A stretch of 64,000 bases of DNA from Candidatus Levyibacteriota bacterium (lineage in GTDB: Bacteria > Patescibacteriota > Microgenomatia > Levybacterales > UBA12049), in contig OY970292.1 of assembly GCA_963716145.1 (NCBI GenBank), positions 140,104-204,103 on the forward strand, given 5' to 3'. This document shows positions 11,175 through 21,113 of the stretch, in pieces (position 1 is the stretch's first letter; the number at the start of each line of letters is the position of its first letter). The notes below the pieces were generated by a model. The model was not told where the DNA came from. It did not search any database and saw nothing but the letters and a program-made list of their open reading frames with translations. Made by a program: the position numbers and the translations under genes.

Positions 11175-11426
11175 ATGGCACATACAAAAGCACAAGGATC
11201 AGTTAAGGGCAACCGCGATTCGCGGGCAAAAAGACGCGGAATTAAGCTTTATAGTGGAGAAAAAACGAAGAGTGGGAGTATAATCGTGCGTCAAAAAGGA
11301 AGTAAATTTTTTCCGGGAGACGGCGTCCAGATGGGCCGGGATTTCACACTATTTGCTATAAAAGAAGGCACAGTCAACGTTAAAACACTTAATGGTAAAA
11401 AATATATTGAGGTAATACATGGATAA
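11175..11426 (+). CDS. rpmA: 50S ribosomal protein L27 (bL27)
   Basis: MAHTKAQGSVKGNRDSRAKRRGIKLYSGE...IIVRQKGSKF is canonical bL27. Confidence 0.95.
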   Translation: MAHTKAQGSVKGNRDSRAKRRGIKLYSGEKTKSGSIIVRQKGSKFFPGDGVQMGRDFTLFAIKEGTVNVKTLNGKKYIEVIHG

Positions 11427-12243
11427 TAATCAGAACGTAACTGATATTCATTCCCTTGAAACCAATCAACTGCAATCCAACCCTCTTCAGCCCCGCGGAG
11501 TTATAACACCGGATTCCCTTACAGATCTTGTTGAATCAATTAGGGAACAGGGCATACTTGAGCCAATCGTAGTAGCAAAAACACCAGCGGGCTATCAGAT
11601 AATTGCGGGAGAGCGCAGGTGGAGAGCAGCTAAGGTTTTGAGGCTTGAGGTTGTTCCCGTTGTTGTAAAAGAGACAACTCCCCAGGGAATGCTTGAGATG
11701 TCAATTGTTGAAAATGTCCAGAGAGAAGATCTTAACCCAATAGAAAAGGCATTGGCATACAAACGCCTTATTGATGAATTTGGACTTGGAACGACAGAGG
11801 TTGCCAAGAGAGTTGGTAAAAGCGTTCCTGCAGTTTCCAATACAATACGCCTTCTCTCCCTACCAGACGCCATAAAAGATGCTTTAGTGGCAGGCGTTAT
11901 AACGGAAGGCCACGTTCGGCCACTTCTATCCCTTGGTGACGCAAGATTAATGCTTGATGTTTTTAAGACAATTCTGCGTGAAAATTACACAGTTCGTCAA
12001 ACAGAAGAATTGGCTAGGCAAGTTAAAGGAGGTATTCAAAAAAAAGAGCCTGCATCCGGTAAAGATCAGATTTGGGTTCCAGAACAGGATCAAATGGCCA
12101 AAGAAATTGCTGAGAAAAATATGGTTGATAAGGTTGCTATATTTCAGTCAAGCAAGCTTGCGCGGGTAACGATTGTCATTAAGGGAGATCCGGAAGTTAC
12201 TTCAAAAAAACTTAAAAGTATTCACGAAGTTCTAACTCATTAA
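11419..12243 (+). CDS. parB: ParB/Spo0J chromosome partitioning protein (no parA adjacent)
   Basis: ParB N-terminal domain GILEPIVVAKTPAGYQIIAGERRWRAAKV and an HTH EVAKRVGKSVPAVSNTIRLL. Confidence 0.85.
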   Translation: MDNNQNVTDIHSLETNQLQSNPLQPRGVITPDSLTDLVESIREQGILEPIVVAKTPAGYQIIAGERRWRAAKVLRLEVVPVVVKETTPQGMLEMSIVENVQREDLNPIEKALAYKRLIDEFGLGTTEVAKRVGKSVPAVSNTIRLLSLPDAIKDALVAGVITEGHVRPLLSLGDARLMLDVFKTILRENYTVRQTEELARQVKGGIQKKEPASGKDQIWVPEQDQMAKEIAEKNMVDKVAIFQSSKLARVTIVIKGDPEVTSKKLKSIHEVLTH

Positions 12244-12247
12244 TTAT

Positions 12248-12835
12248 TTATTTTGAAGGTTGAAAAGGATTTTTCACCACCCTCATTGCGTTAACCGGCC
12301 AGTAGACAAATAATGATTCTCCAATAATTTTATCTTTTGGTAAAAATCCCCATTCTCTTGAGTCTGAGCTAGCAGGACGATTATCTCCCATAACTATATA
12401 GTCCCCAACAGGTACGGTTACAGGAGGAGCACTCTCTTTGATAAAACTCCCTCCATATGTTTTAACATCAGATTTCAAATACGGACTTTCATCAACTTTT
12501 ACGTCATTTACATACACTAATCCGTCTTTTATAGAAACTGTATCTCCGGGTATACCCATAATTCGCTTTATATAATCTTTTTCTGGATCAAGAGGAGCAT
12601 GAAAAACTATTACATCGCCTCTTTTTGGATCATTAAAGCGAAGGCCAATTAGGTTTGTTAAGATAAATTCTTTATTCTTAAATGTTGGAAACATAGATTC
12701 ACCACTCACCTGAAAGGGTCTAAATAAAAATATATATACAACTAAAAAGATAGATGCCGCTAATAGAATTGTTTGCATTGCATCCAGAGTAAAGTTGTAA
12801 ACTTTCTTTAGTATTTCCATAGAATTAATTATCAC
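12248..12835 (-). CDS. lepB: Signal peptidase I
   Basis: N-terminal TM helix, the catalytic Ser box GESMFPTF, KRIMGIPGDTV, and GDNRPASSDSREWGFLP. Confidence 0.85.
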   Translation of the reverse strand: MIINSMEILKKVYNFTLDAMQTILLAASIFLVVYIFLFRPFQVSGESMFPTFKNKEFILTNLIGLRFNDPKRGDVIVFHAPLDPEKDYIKRIMGIPGDTVSIKDGLVYVNDVKVDESPYLKSDVKTYGGSFIKESAPPVTVPVGDYIVMGDNRPASSDSREWGFLPKDKIIGESLFVYWPVNAMRVVKNPFQPSK

Positions 12836-13003
12836 AGTTTTGAGCTCTATTTGTCAACGATTTCAAATATAGTTAAATTACTTTTTATATTCTTGATGTG
12901 AAGCAAGCTTTTTGGCATTGTCATATCTGCCAATTATTAATAAAAACGTTGGAATTATAAAAGACATTTGGGAGTTTTTGGTCATAATGCTAATCTTTAA
13001 AAA

Positions 13004-13789
13004 TTAATTGTAGTTAATTAATAGGGATGCTTTGGATACAATTTTCCTTACGAATAATTTACTTTTTTCCTTTGTGCGAATTCCCTTATGCTTATTAATG
13101 GATTTTAAACCTCTATATAGATAATCAAGATAAGCTTCGGGTTTTTTCCAGCGCCTAACAGATGTCTTAACTATGAGGTTGTTATCAAATTTAATTCTTC
13201 CAAAAGGGGCTAAATGAATAGCAAGATCCAGATCTTCATGTACTTGTTTATCATTAAGGCAAACTTGATCTTTTACTTTCTTCCACGCGCTGCCCCTGAT
13301 GGAATAATTTGGGCCGTATATGCAATCATGCTTGGTCATTTTTTTTACAAGATTGTTATATGATTTAATCAGCTTAAATAAGGTTGGTTTTGATTGCCAA
13401 TGTGAATTCTGAATTAATTCCGGAAGATCATAAAACTCCGCAGGTCCTGATACTGCCACAAGTTTTTTATCCAAAAAGCTCTTTTTAATAAGTTTAATCC
13501 AGTTTGGGGGGAGGATTGTGTCTGCGTCTGTGCGGGCAATGATAGCATATTTTGCTTGGTTAAAACCTTTATTTCGTGCGGGAGTTAATCCTTGTTTTTT
13601 CTCAGTCAGTACCTTTACAGGATATTTTCTGGCAATTTTTGCTGTATTATCTGTTGAATTGTTGTTAACAACAATTATTTCGTTAGCTGGGTCAGTTTGG
13701 TGCATAAGACTTTCCAAACAAGCGCCAATGTACGCCTCTTCGTTATGAACAGGTATTACTACTGATACTTTGATTGATTCTTCAGCCAT
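13004..13789 (-). CDS. Family 2 glycosyltransferase (GT-A)
   Basis: VSVVIPVHNEEAYIGACLESL...NNNSTDNT...DAD. Confidence 0.75.
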   Translation of the reverse strand: MAEESIKVSVVIPVHNEEAYIGACLESLMHQTDPANEIIVVNNNSTDNTAKIARKYPVKVLTEKKQGLTPARNKGFNQAKYAIIARTDADTILPPNWIKLIKKSFLDKKLVAVSGPAEFYDLPELIQNSHWQSKPTLFKLIKSYNNLVKKMTKHDCIYGPNYSIRGSAWKKVKDQVCLNDKQVHEDLDLAIHLAPFGRIKFDNNLIVKTSVRRWKKPEAYLDYLYRGLKSINKHKGIRTKEKSKLFVRKIVSKASLLINYN

Positions 13790-13845
13790 ATGTTGATATT
13801 GTACAATTTGTAAGCATAAACTACAATAGATTTGTAGACTATAAA

Positions 13846-13867
13846 ATTATCCTGCATATGTAGGATA
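13846..13867. promoter_or_regulatory. 22-bp near-perfect palindrome (candidate operator) in the divergent promoter region of the glycosylation cluster
   Basis: ttatcctgcatatgtaggataa has TTATCCT/AGGATAA arms around a CATATG core, with 20 of 22 positions palindromic. It lies ~10 nt upstream of the GT4 start. Confidence 0.3.
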
Positions 13868-13877
13868 ATTCAAAAAA

Positions 13878-15080
13878 TTGATGAATATTCTTATCGCAAC
13901 AGATCAATACTATCCAACCCTTGGAGGAATAATAGTAGCTACAGATCAACTTATTCGTGAGCTTGCCAGAAATAGTCATACAGTTTCTCTTTTGGCTCCA
14001 TCTGCAACAAGAACTACTCAGACGGAGAGGGTTAATGAGAACTTGACGATTTACAGGATCAATTCTTTTTCAATATTTAAAAAGAAAGGAATTCGCTTTG
14101 CTTATAATTTTAAATCAATAAAGCAGACAATTGATACTATAAAGCCTGACCTTATTCACGTTGCTACACCCGGAGTTATTGGCGTTACGTCGCTGCGCGA
14201 AGCAAAAAAACTTGGAATACCTGTGGTCGCAACCAATCACATTGTTGCTGAAAATATTACCGCTGCGTGGAATACAATGCCGCATTTTATCGAAGCGGGT
14301 GTTGAAAAAATTGCAATGGAATGGTTGAGAAATATTTATCAGCAGGCAGATCATATGATTTCTCCTTCAGGTGCTGCAGCAGATCATCTCCGCAAGCTGG
14401 GAATAACAAAACCAATTACTGTTATATCCAATGGTTTGTATCTAAAAATTTTTGTAAATCCAAATTTAAAGATTTTGAAGAGTCTCAAAGAAAAATTGCA
14501 ATTGCCCAAAAAACCCAGGATACTTTATGTCGGGAGGTTTGATAAAGAAAAACAAGTAGACTTACTTATTGAAGCATTTGCTGCTTTGAGAAATAACTTT
14601 GATGCTCAATTACTTCTGGCAGGAAAAGGTCTTGAAGAAGAACTGTTGAAAGCTCAAATCGCACAAAAAAATCTTTCAGAACATGTCACAATTGTCGGAT
14701 ATTTATCTACAGACGAATTGGCAGCTCTTTATCATCTTGTGGATGTTTTTGTGATGCCCTCAGTTGTTGAGTTACAAAGCATTGCCACGATGGAAGCGAT
14801 GGCGTCTCATCTACCAGTTATCGGAGCAAATGCTATGGCACTTCCCTACCTCATTCATCCGAACAAAAACGGCTTTCTGTTTGAACCGGGTAACAGTTTG
14901 GATCTTTCGGAAAAATTACTAAAAATTCTTGCTGATGAAAAGCTGAAGGTACGAATGGGAAATAAAAGTTTTGAGTATGTCCAGGAGCACGATATGGCGA
15001 AAGTTGTGAAGAAGTTTGAGGAATTGTACGAGTCGGAGATAGAAAAAAATAAGCGTGTCAGAAAAATTACAAAATCCTAA
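13878..15080 (+). CDS. Family 4 (GT-B) glycosyltransferase
   Basis: 400 aa with the GT4 N-terminal domain (ILIATDQYYPTLGG) and a C-terminal Glycos_transf_1 region with an E-x7-E-like motif. Confidence 0.8.
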   Translation: MMNILIATDQYYPTLGGIIVATDQLIRELARNSHTVSLLAPSATRTTQTERVNENLTIYRINSFSIFKKKGIRFAYNFKSIKQTIDTIKPDLIHVATPGVIGVTSLREAKKLGIPVVATNHIVAENITAAWNTMPHFIEAGVEKIAMEWLRNIYQQADHMISPSGAAADHLRKLGITKPITVISNGLYLKIFVNPNLKILKSLKEKLQLPKKPRILYVGRFDKEKQVDLLIEAFAALRNNFDAQLLLAGKGLEEELLKAQIAQKNLSEHVTIVGYLSTDELAALYHLVDVFVMPSVVELQSIATMEAMASHLPVIGANAMALPYLIHPNKNGFLFEPGNSLDLSEKLLKILADEKLKVRMGNKSFEYVQEHDMAKVVKKFEELYESEIEKNKRVRKITKS

Positions 15081-15137
15081 AGCTTCAGTTTCTATCATTT
15101 CCCTGTATTTAGTATAATGTAACAATATTTATCACGT

Positions 15138-16199
15138 ATGACTATTATTTTTTTAACCCGACGTTTTTACCCCTTAATTGGCGGAGTTGAAATACATTCT
15201 TTAGAAGTTGCCAAAAGGTTAGAACAACTCGGTCACAAAGTTATCGTTATTACAGAAAATTATAAAAAGCAAGGGTTAGAAGGAGTAGAGTCAAGTGATC
15301 TTAAAGACATTGATGGAATAGAAGTAAGAAGAATTAACCCAGGAGGAGATGGCTGGTTCAAAAAATTTAGGATTTGGCGTGAGATATGGAAGCTGCGAAG
15401 CTTACTGAATAAGGCAGATGTAATACATTGTCATGATGTGTTTTTTTGGTATCTACCATTTCGTTTTTTTTATCTTTCGAAAAAAGTCTATATAACATTT
15501 CACGGTTATGAAGCTAAATTTCCTATAGCCAAAAAGGCAATTATTGTGCGTAGGATTAGCGAGGTGCTTTCGTTTGGCAATATTTGCATTGGGGATTATA
15601 TTTCAAAATGGTATGGTACAAAACCGGATTATGTAGCTTATGGTGGGGTTTATCAAATAAAGAATGAAAAATCAAATATCAAAAATACAAATAAAAAATT
15701 AAAAATTGTTTTAATAGGTAGATTAGAACAAGATATCGGAGTGCGAACATACATTAAAGCTTTGGAGAAATTAAGAGAAGACAAAATAGATTTTTCATTT
15801 AGAGTATATGGAGAAGGAGCGCTGACAAAGAAAGTGGAAAAATATGGTAAAGTTTCTGGTTTTACAGATAATATTTACCAAGTTATGAAAGCCTCAGATA
15901 TTATTTTCGCATCATCGTATTTAACAATACTGCAAGCTCTTGCCGTTAAAAAAATCGTTATTGCAGTATACGAAAATCCTCTTAAGGAAGATTATTTGAA
16001 GCTTTCTCCCTTTTCCCGTTATATTTATATTTGTAAAAATGCTAAGGAAATTGCAAATGTTATTGAGTCAGTTAGAAATACTCCTTGGAAGAGTAATTCT
16101 ATGACAGAGGGGGGGTTGCTGTGGACTAAAGAGCAAACCTGGAATAGGGTAGCTGAAATTTATTTAAGTCTTTGGAAGGTGACAAGCAAACTAAATTAA
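15138..16199 (+). CDS. GT-B glycosyltransferase (GT4-like)
   Basis: FLTRRFYPLIGGVEIHSLEVAKRLEQLGHKVIVIT resembles a GT4 N-terminus; the C-terminal half is diverged. Confidence 0.55.
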   Translation: MTIIFLTRRFYPLIGGVEIHSLEVAKRLEQLGHKVIVITENYKKQGLEGVESSDLKDIDGIEVRRINPGGDGWFKKFRIWREIWKLRSLLNKADVIHCHDVFFWYLPFRFFYLSKKVYITFHGYEAKFPIAKKAIIVRRISEVLSFGNICIGDYISKWYGTKPDYVAYGGVYQIKNEKSNIKNTNKKLKIVLIGRLEQDIGVRTYIKALEKLREDKIDFSFRVYGEGALTKKVEKYGKVSGFTDNIYQVMKASDIIFASSYLTILQALAVKKIVIAVYENPLKEDYLKLSPFSRYIYICKNAKEIANVIESVRNTPWKSNSMTEGGLLWTKEQTWNRVAEIYLSLWKVTSKLN

Positions 16200-16202
16200 T
16201 TC

Positions 16203-16985
16203 ATGAAGAATTACAAAGATCCATTTAAAGTTGAGAAATTAAGAGCAAAATTAGCAAAAGAAGAAAGATTGAATCAGTTGCTGGAAACATACACTAAGCG
16301 TTATCCGGAAATACAGGATCAGAATACTCCAGCTCTTTGGGATTATTTAAATACAGAAGGACGCAAATTGATAAAAGATAATCCCATGGAAGAGGATAGG
16401 CTTAATTTTGTTAAAAAATTAATCGTTGGGCAAAGCATTCAAGTATTAAATATCGGATTCGGATCAGCTAATTTGGAAAGTAAATATTTTAAGAGTCACG
16501 CCAAAAGAAAAGTTTACTGGCATGGAATAGAAATCTCAGAAATATCTATAAAAGCTGCACGCAAAAAGTTTCCTGGAGAAAAATTTAAAAAAGGAGATAT
16601 ATCTGATCTTAAATTTCCCAACAATTATTTTGATTTTGTTATTGCACTAGAAGTGCTAGAGCATATTAAGCCAAGTAATACTTTAAAATCTCTTAAAGAA
16701 GCTTATAGAGTAGTTAAATCCGGCAATTACTTTATCGTCTCAGTGCCTTTAAATGAAGGTCTTGAAAAAATGATTGCCAAAGGGGAAAATCCAAATGCTC
16801 ATGTCAGAATGTATACACCTGATTTAATAAAGACAGAACTGAAAATTGCCGGCTTTAAAATCATAAAGGAAAAAATACTTTTTGCCTTTGGTAATTTGTA
16901 CAGAATTAAATCATTTATTGCCCAGTATTTATTGCTCCAAAAATTTAAACCAAACAATATAATAATTCTTGCGCAAAAACCATGA
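16203..16985 (+). CDS. Class I SAM-dependent methyltransferase
   Basis: Motif I VLNIGFGSANL and a post-I acidic residue, consistent with a Methyltransf_11/23-like fold. Confidence 0.6.
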   Translation: MKNYKDPFKVEKLRAKLAKEERLNQLLETYTKRYPEIQDQNTPALWDYLNTEGRKLIKDNPMEEDRLNFVKKLIVGQSIQVLNIGFGSANLESKYFKSHAKRKVYWHGIEISEISIKAARKKFPGEKFKKGDISDLKFPNNYFDFVIALEVLEHIKPSNTLKSLKEAYRVVKSGNYFIVSVPLNEGLEKMIAKGENPNAHVRMYTPDLIKTELKIAGFKIIKEKILFAFGNLYRIKSFIAQYLLLQKFKPNNIIILAQKP

Positions 16986-17947
16986 TAAATAATTTTGAAA
17001 AAAAGAAAATATCTTTTATAACAACTGTATTTAACGAAGAGGAAAATATTGATAAATTTTTAACCTCGCTGATTTCTCAAAGCAAATTACCGAATGAAAT
17101 TATCATAGTTGATGGAGGGAGTATGGACAATACAATGTACATAATTTCCAATTTCCAATTTCCAATTTCAAAAAAAAATGTGAAAATTTTAAAAAAGAAG
17201 GGAAATAGGTCGCTGGGGAGGAACGAAGCAATTAAAAACACAACTGGGGATATTATTCTCTGCTCAGATGCAGGATGCATCTTAGATAGAGATTGGGTTA
17301 AGAAAATTACGGAACCATTTGAAAATCCAGAAGTTGACGCAGTTGCCGGATATTATAAAGGAGAAAGTAAAAACATTTTTCAAAAATGTTTAATTCCATA
17401 TGTTTTGGTGATGCCGGACAGAATTGATCCTGAAAATTTTCTTCCGGCAACTAGATCCATGGCTTTTAAAAAAGGGGTTTGGAAAAGAATAGGTGGTTTT
17501 CCGGAAAAATTTTCCCATAATGAAGATTATGTATTTGCAAGAAAGTTAAAAAAAGCAGGAGCAAATATAGTTCTTAAAAAGGACGCTTTAGTATATTGGA
17601 TTCCCAGAAAAAATCTAACCGAAGCATTTATCATGTTTTTTCGGTTTGCGTGGGGGGACGCAGAGGCTAAAATTTTTAGGCCAAAGGTAGGGTTAGTCTT
17701 TTTGAGGTATATTTTGGGGATTTTAATCTTCTTTTTCGCTATAATAAGAGGAGATCTCTTTTTAAGAGAAATTTTGTCCTACGCAGTTATTTTTTACTTT
17801 TTGTGGGCAATTTTTAAAAATTATAAATATGCTAAAGATGTTAGAGCTTTTATAATTTTACCAATTTTGCAGGTAATTGCAGATATAGCAGTAATCAGCG
17901 GAACAATTTTTGGTTTATATAAAATATGGGTTATAAAAAAGACGTGA
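16982..17947 (+). CDS. Family 2 glycosyltransferase with a C-terminal membrane domain
   Basis: ISFITTVFNEEENI...DGGSMDNT...DAG, followed by 3-4 TM helices. It contains a (TTCCAAT)3 repeat. Confidence 0.7.
   Translation: MINNFEKKKISFITTVFNEEENIDKFLTSLISQSKLPNEIIIVDGGSMDNTMYIISNFQFPISKKNVKILKKKGNRSLGRNEAIKNTTGDIILCSDAGCILDRDWVKKITEPFENPEVDAVAGYYKGESKNIFQKCLIPYVLVMPDRIDPENFLPATRSMAFKKGVWKRIGGFPEKFSHNEDYVFARKLKKAGANIVLKKDALVYWIPRKNLTEAFIMFFRFAWGDAEAKIFRPKVGLVFLRYILGILIFFFAIIRGDLFLREILSYAVIFYFLWAIFKNYKYAKDVRAFIILPILQVIADIAVISGTIFGLYKIWVIKKT
17146..17168. repeat. (TTCCAAT)x3 heptanucleotide tandem repeat inside the GT2 gene
   Basis: Direct reading shows tttccaatttccaatttccaatttc followed by A8; it encodes NFQFPIS. 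Confidence 0.85.
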
Positions 17948-19155
17948 TAAAAGGTATTTCATGGATTGGGCTTCTACGCCTTGCTACAAAAGCTGTTGGT
18001 TTTCTAGAGGCTGTTATCCTTGCCCGGATTTTAATTCCTGAACAATTTGGGGCTTATGGGGTGGCTCTGCTGGCATTGGGACTTCTAGAAGTGTTTACAG
18101 AGAGCGGAGTAAACATAATTCTTGTGCAAGAGAAAGATATAGATAAGCACATAAGCTCTGCGTGGATAGTTTCAATCTTGCGGGGACTAATAATAATGCT
18201 AGTACTTTGGGTTGGCGCGCCTTTCATTGCAAACTTTTTCCATTCATCGGAGTCGCTAAAACTTCTATATTTTATTAGTTTTGTTCCGCTAATTCGGGGA
18301 TTCATAAATCCCGCAATTGTAAAATTTCAAAAGGATTTGATGTTTGCCAAAGACTTCTGGTTTCGCTTCGCCATTCTTCTGATAGACACTAGTGTTTCAG
18401 TAGTTGTTACTTACCTAACGCAAAACCCAATAGGAATAGTTGCCGGTCTGCTCACAGGCGTATTTGCAGAACTTGTACTTTCTTTTATTTTGGTTTCACC
18501 TCGGCCTAAGTTGGAATTTGAAAGCAAATACATAAGTAAAATATTTCAGAGAGGTAAGTGGATAACGCTTAGCAGCATTTTTGATTATTTATTCTTCAAC
18601 GCTGACAATATCGCGGTTGGAAGACTAATGGGTGCAAAGGCGTTGGGAATTTATCAATTAGCTTATTCGTTAAGCGCTGCGCCTTTGATTGAGGTTGGCC
18701 GAGTTTTTGTACACGTAACTGTTCCGATTATGATCAAGATTTCCGAGGATTCATCCAGATTAAAAGATGCATTTTTTAAAACCACTCTCAATCTGCTTAT
18801 TATTACGCTTCCAATTGCTCTAATATTTGCATTATTTCCTCAGTTTTTTGTATTAATTTTAGGCAAAAAATGGGAGCAAGTTACAGTAGTGCTGCCCATC
18901 TTGGCAGTTTTAGGATTTGTAAAATCCGTATCAATGTCTACGAATGCTTTATTCCTAAGCACAAAAAAACAAGAATATACAACAGTTATTACGCTTGTTA
19001 ATATCTTAGCTCTTACAGTATCGATAGTTCCCCTAATCATGAGTTATGGACTTATCGGTGCGGGCTACTCAGCCCTCATCGGATCTGTATGTGCAACTCC
19101 ATTTATTATTTATTACACCTCCAAAACATTCAAGTTAAAAAATAAATATGATTAG
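17926..19155 (+). CDS. Wzx-like oligosaccharide flippase (MOP superfamily polysaccharide biosynthesis protein)
   Basis: 409 aa with ~12 predicted TM helices; the start (ISWIGLLRLATKAVGFLEAVILARIL) is a typical Polysacc_synt N-terminus. Confidence 0.7.
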   Translation: MGYKKDVIKGISWIGLLRLATKAVGFLEAVILARILIPEQFGAYGVALLALGLLEVFTESGVNIILVQEKDIDKHISSAWIVSILRGLIIMLVLWVGAPFIANFFHSSESLKLLYFISFVPLIRGFINPAIVKFQKDLMFAKDFWFRFAILLIDTSVSVVVTYLTQNPIGIVAGLLTGVFAELVLSFILVSPRPKLEFESKYISKIFQRGKWITLSSIFDYLFFNADNIAVGRLMGAKALGIYQLAYSLSAAPLIEVGRVFVHVTVPIMIKISEDSSRLKDAFFKTTLNLLIITLPIALIFALFPQFFVLILGKKWEQVTVVLPILAVLGFVKSVSMSTNALFLSTKKQEYTTVITLVNILALTVSIVPLIMSYGLIGAGYSALIGSVCATPFIIYYTSKTFKLKNKYD

Positions 19156-19903
19156 CGCAGTTATACTTACTAGAAACGAAGAAAAGAATGTTTTAAGTTG
19201 TCTTGAAAGCCTGTTGTGGTGTGATGAAATTATTGTAATCGATGACAACTCAACAGACAAGACGGTAGAAATTGTAAAAAAGACTAAGGCCAAAGTTTTT
19301 AGTCATTCCCTGAACAATAATTTTTCAGAACAGCGAAATTTTGGATTGGAAAAAGCGAAGGGAGAGTGGGTATTATTTGTTGACGCGGATGAGATAGTGT
19401 CACCTGCATTGTGGTTTGAAATAATGCAACACACGAACAGTACAATTAGTAATTATTCCGGGTTTTTTTTAAAAAGAAAAGATGTTTTGTGGGATAAAGA
19501 GTTGAATTACGGGGAAACTGGAAATACAAAATTTTTAAGATTGGCAAAGAAAAATGCCGGTAGGTGGGTTGGAAAAGTCCATGAGGTATGGGAAATAGAA
19601 GGAAAAACAGCGATTTTAAATAATACATTAATGCACGCTCCTCATGCAAATGTAGGAAAATTTTTGAAAGATATTAATTTTTATACAGATCTTCGCGCAA
19701 AAGAGCTGCATGATAACAAGGCTACAGTGTCTTGGGTATCAATTCTTTTATATCCTAGCGGTAAGTTCGTACAAAATTATATTTTCAAACAAGGATTTCG
19801 AGATGGAATACCAGGGTTGGTGCTTGCTCTGATGATGTCATTCCACTCTTTTCTGGTGAGAGGAAAACTTTGGCTTTTGTGGAGCGAAAATACAAAAGTT
19901 TAA
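19148..19903 (+). CDS. Family 2 glycosyltransferase
   Basis: ISAVILTRNEEKNVLSCLESLLWCDEIIVIDDNSTDKT...FVDADE. Confidence 0.75.
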   Translation: MISAVILTRNEEKNVLSCLESLLWCDEIIVIDDNSTDKTVEIVKKTKAKVFSHSLNNNFSEQRNFGLEKAKGEWVLFVDADEIVSPALWFEIMQHTNSTISNYSGFFLKRKDVLWDKELNYGETGNTKFLRLAKKNAGRWVGKVHEVWEIEGKTAILNNTLMHAPHANVGKFLKDINFYTDLRAKELHDNKATVSWVSILLYPSGKFVQNYIFKQGFRDGIPGLVLALMMSFHSFLVRGKLWLLWSENTKV

Positions 19904-21111
19904 TGAACATGCTGCAACTTCTTATTACCCTTGTAATCCTTTTTATCCCGCTAGGTGAACTCCTGAGAATGGATCTTGGAAATAATATTTTTTTAAAACC
20001 CCTGGAGTTTCTAATAGTTTTAACGTCGATTGTTTTCCTTTCTATTACAATCTATAAGCATAAAAAAATTATAGGCGCAAAACTTACCAAGCCTTTGGTC
20101 TTATTTTGCGCAATTGCTTTTTTCTCACTAGTTATTAATTTATTCAATTTATCTTCTACGCAATTACTGACAGCATTTCTTTATTGGGTACGTTTTGTCT
20201 CTTTTGCGATCATGTATTTTGTGATCTTCACTTTTGATAAGAAATTTATAAAAAGAATTATAGCTTTGCTTTTCATAGTGGGGGTCATAATTCTACTTTT
20301 AGGATTTGTTCAGTATTTTCTATACCCAAACCTAAGGAACCTTTATTATCTTGGTTGGGATGAGCATAATTACCGCATATTTTCAAGTTTTCTGGATCCT
20401 AATTTCGCAGGCGCTTTTTTTGTTTTGTATTATTTATTTGTAACAGGGTTGGCACAATATCACTTAAAAATTAAAAAGACGAAAAGCGCTGTATTTTTAT
20501 TTGTAGTTTCAATTATTTGTATAGCTTCGATATTTCTGACTTATTCAAGAAGTGCTATTTTAATGTTGATTGCTGCGTCTATTACTTACCTAATTTTGAT
20601 AGGTAAAAAAAAGTTTTTATTTGCTCTTTTTGGAATAATCGCTATCATTATAATTTTGCTATCTCCAACTTTTAATACAGAAAACACAAATCTATTGCGC
20701 ACAGCATCAAGTTTTGCCAGAGTTGAAACATATTCCAATTCAATAAAAATCATACAAAAGCGCCCATTTTTTGGAGTAGGATTTAATGCGTACCGTTACG
20801 CCCAGCAATCATATGGATTCCGCAGTCCCCAGACAAAATTTCCATCTCACGCGGATGCAGGAGTGGACAATAGCTTTCTTTTTGTCACAGCAACCACAGG
20901 AATGATTGGTCTCATAGCTTATTTATTTCTATGGTATTCCATATTAAAAAGAGCGTTTTATATTTACCGCAAGAACAGCAATACTTTTCCTCTGGTAGTT
21001 ATTTGTTCAAGTGTTGGCCTGTTTGTTAATTCATTCTTTATAAACAGTTTATTTTTTCCTCCCCTAATGTTGTGGATGTGGATAATGATTGCTTTAATGG
21101 AGGACAATTAA
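19870..21111 (+). CDS. O-antigen ligase / Wzy_C-domain membrane protein (possible O-oligosaccharyltransferase)
   Basis: 413 aa, polytopic, with a central Wzy_C-like segment (YSRSAILMLIAASITYLIL) and a periplasmic loop. Confidence 0.55.
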   Translation: MAFVERKYKSLMNMLQLLITLVILFIPLGELLRMDLGNNIFLKPLEFLIVLTSIVFLSITIYKHKKIIGAKLTKPLVLFCAIAFFSLVINLFNLSSTQLLTAFLYWVRFVSFAIMYFVIFTFDKKFIKRIIALLFIVGVIILLLGFVQYFLYPNLRNLYYLGWDEHNYRIFSSFLDPNFAGAFFVLYYLFVTGLAQYHLKIKKTKSAVFLFVVSIICIASIFLTYSRSAILMLIAASITYLILIGKKKFLFALFGIIAIIIILLSPTFNTENTNLLRTASSFARVETYSNSIKIIQKRPFFGVGFNAYRYAQQSYGFRSPQTKFPSHADAGVDNSFLFVTATTGMIGLIAYLFLWYSILKRAFYIYRKNSNTFPLVVICSSVGLFVNSFFINSLFFPPLMLWMWIMIALMEDN

Positions 21112-21113
21112 AT

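Noticed and set aside
11419-12243. Replication origin inferred from parB
   Set aside because: No parA, dnaA or dnaN in the window, and no parS-like TGTTTCACGTGAAACA site seen.
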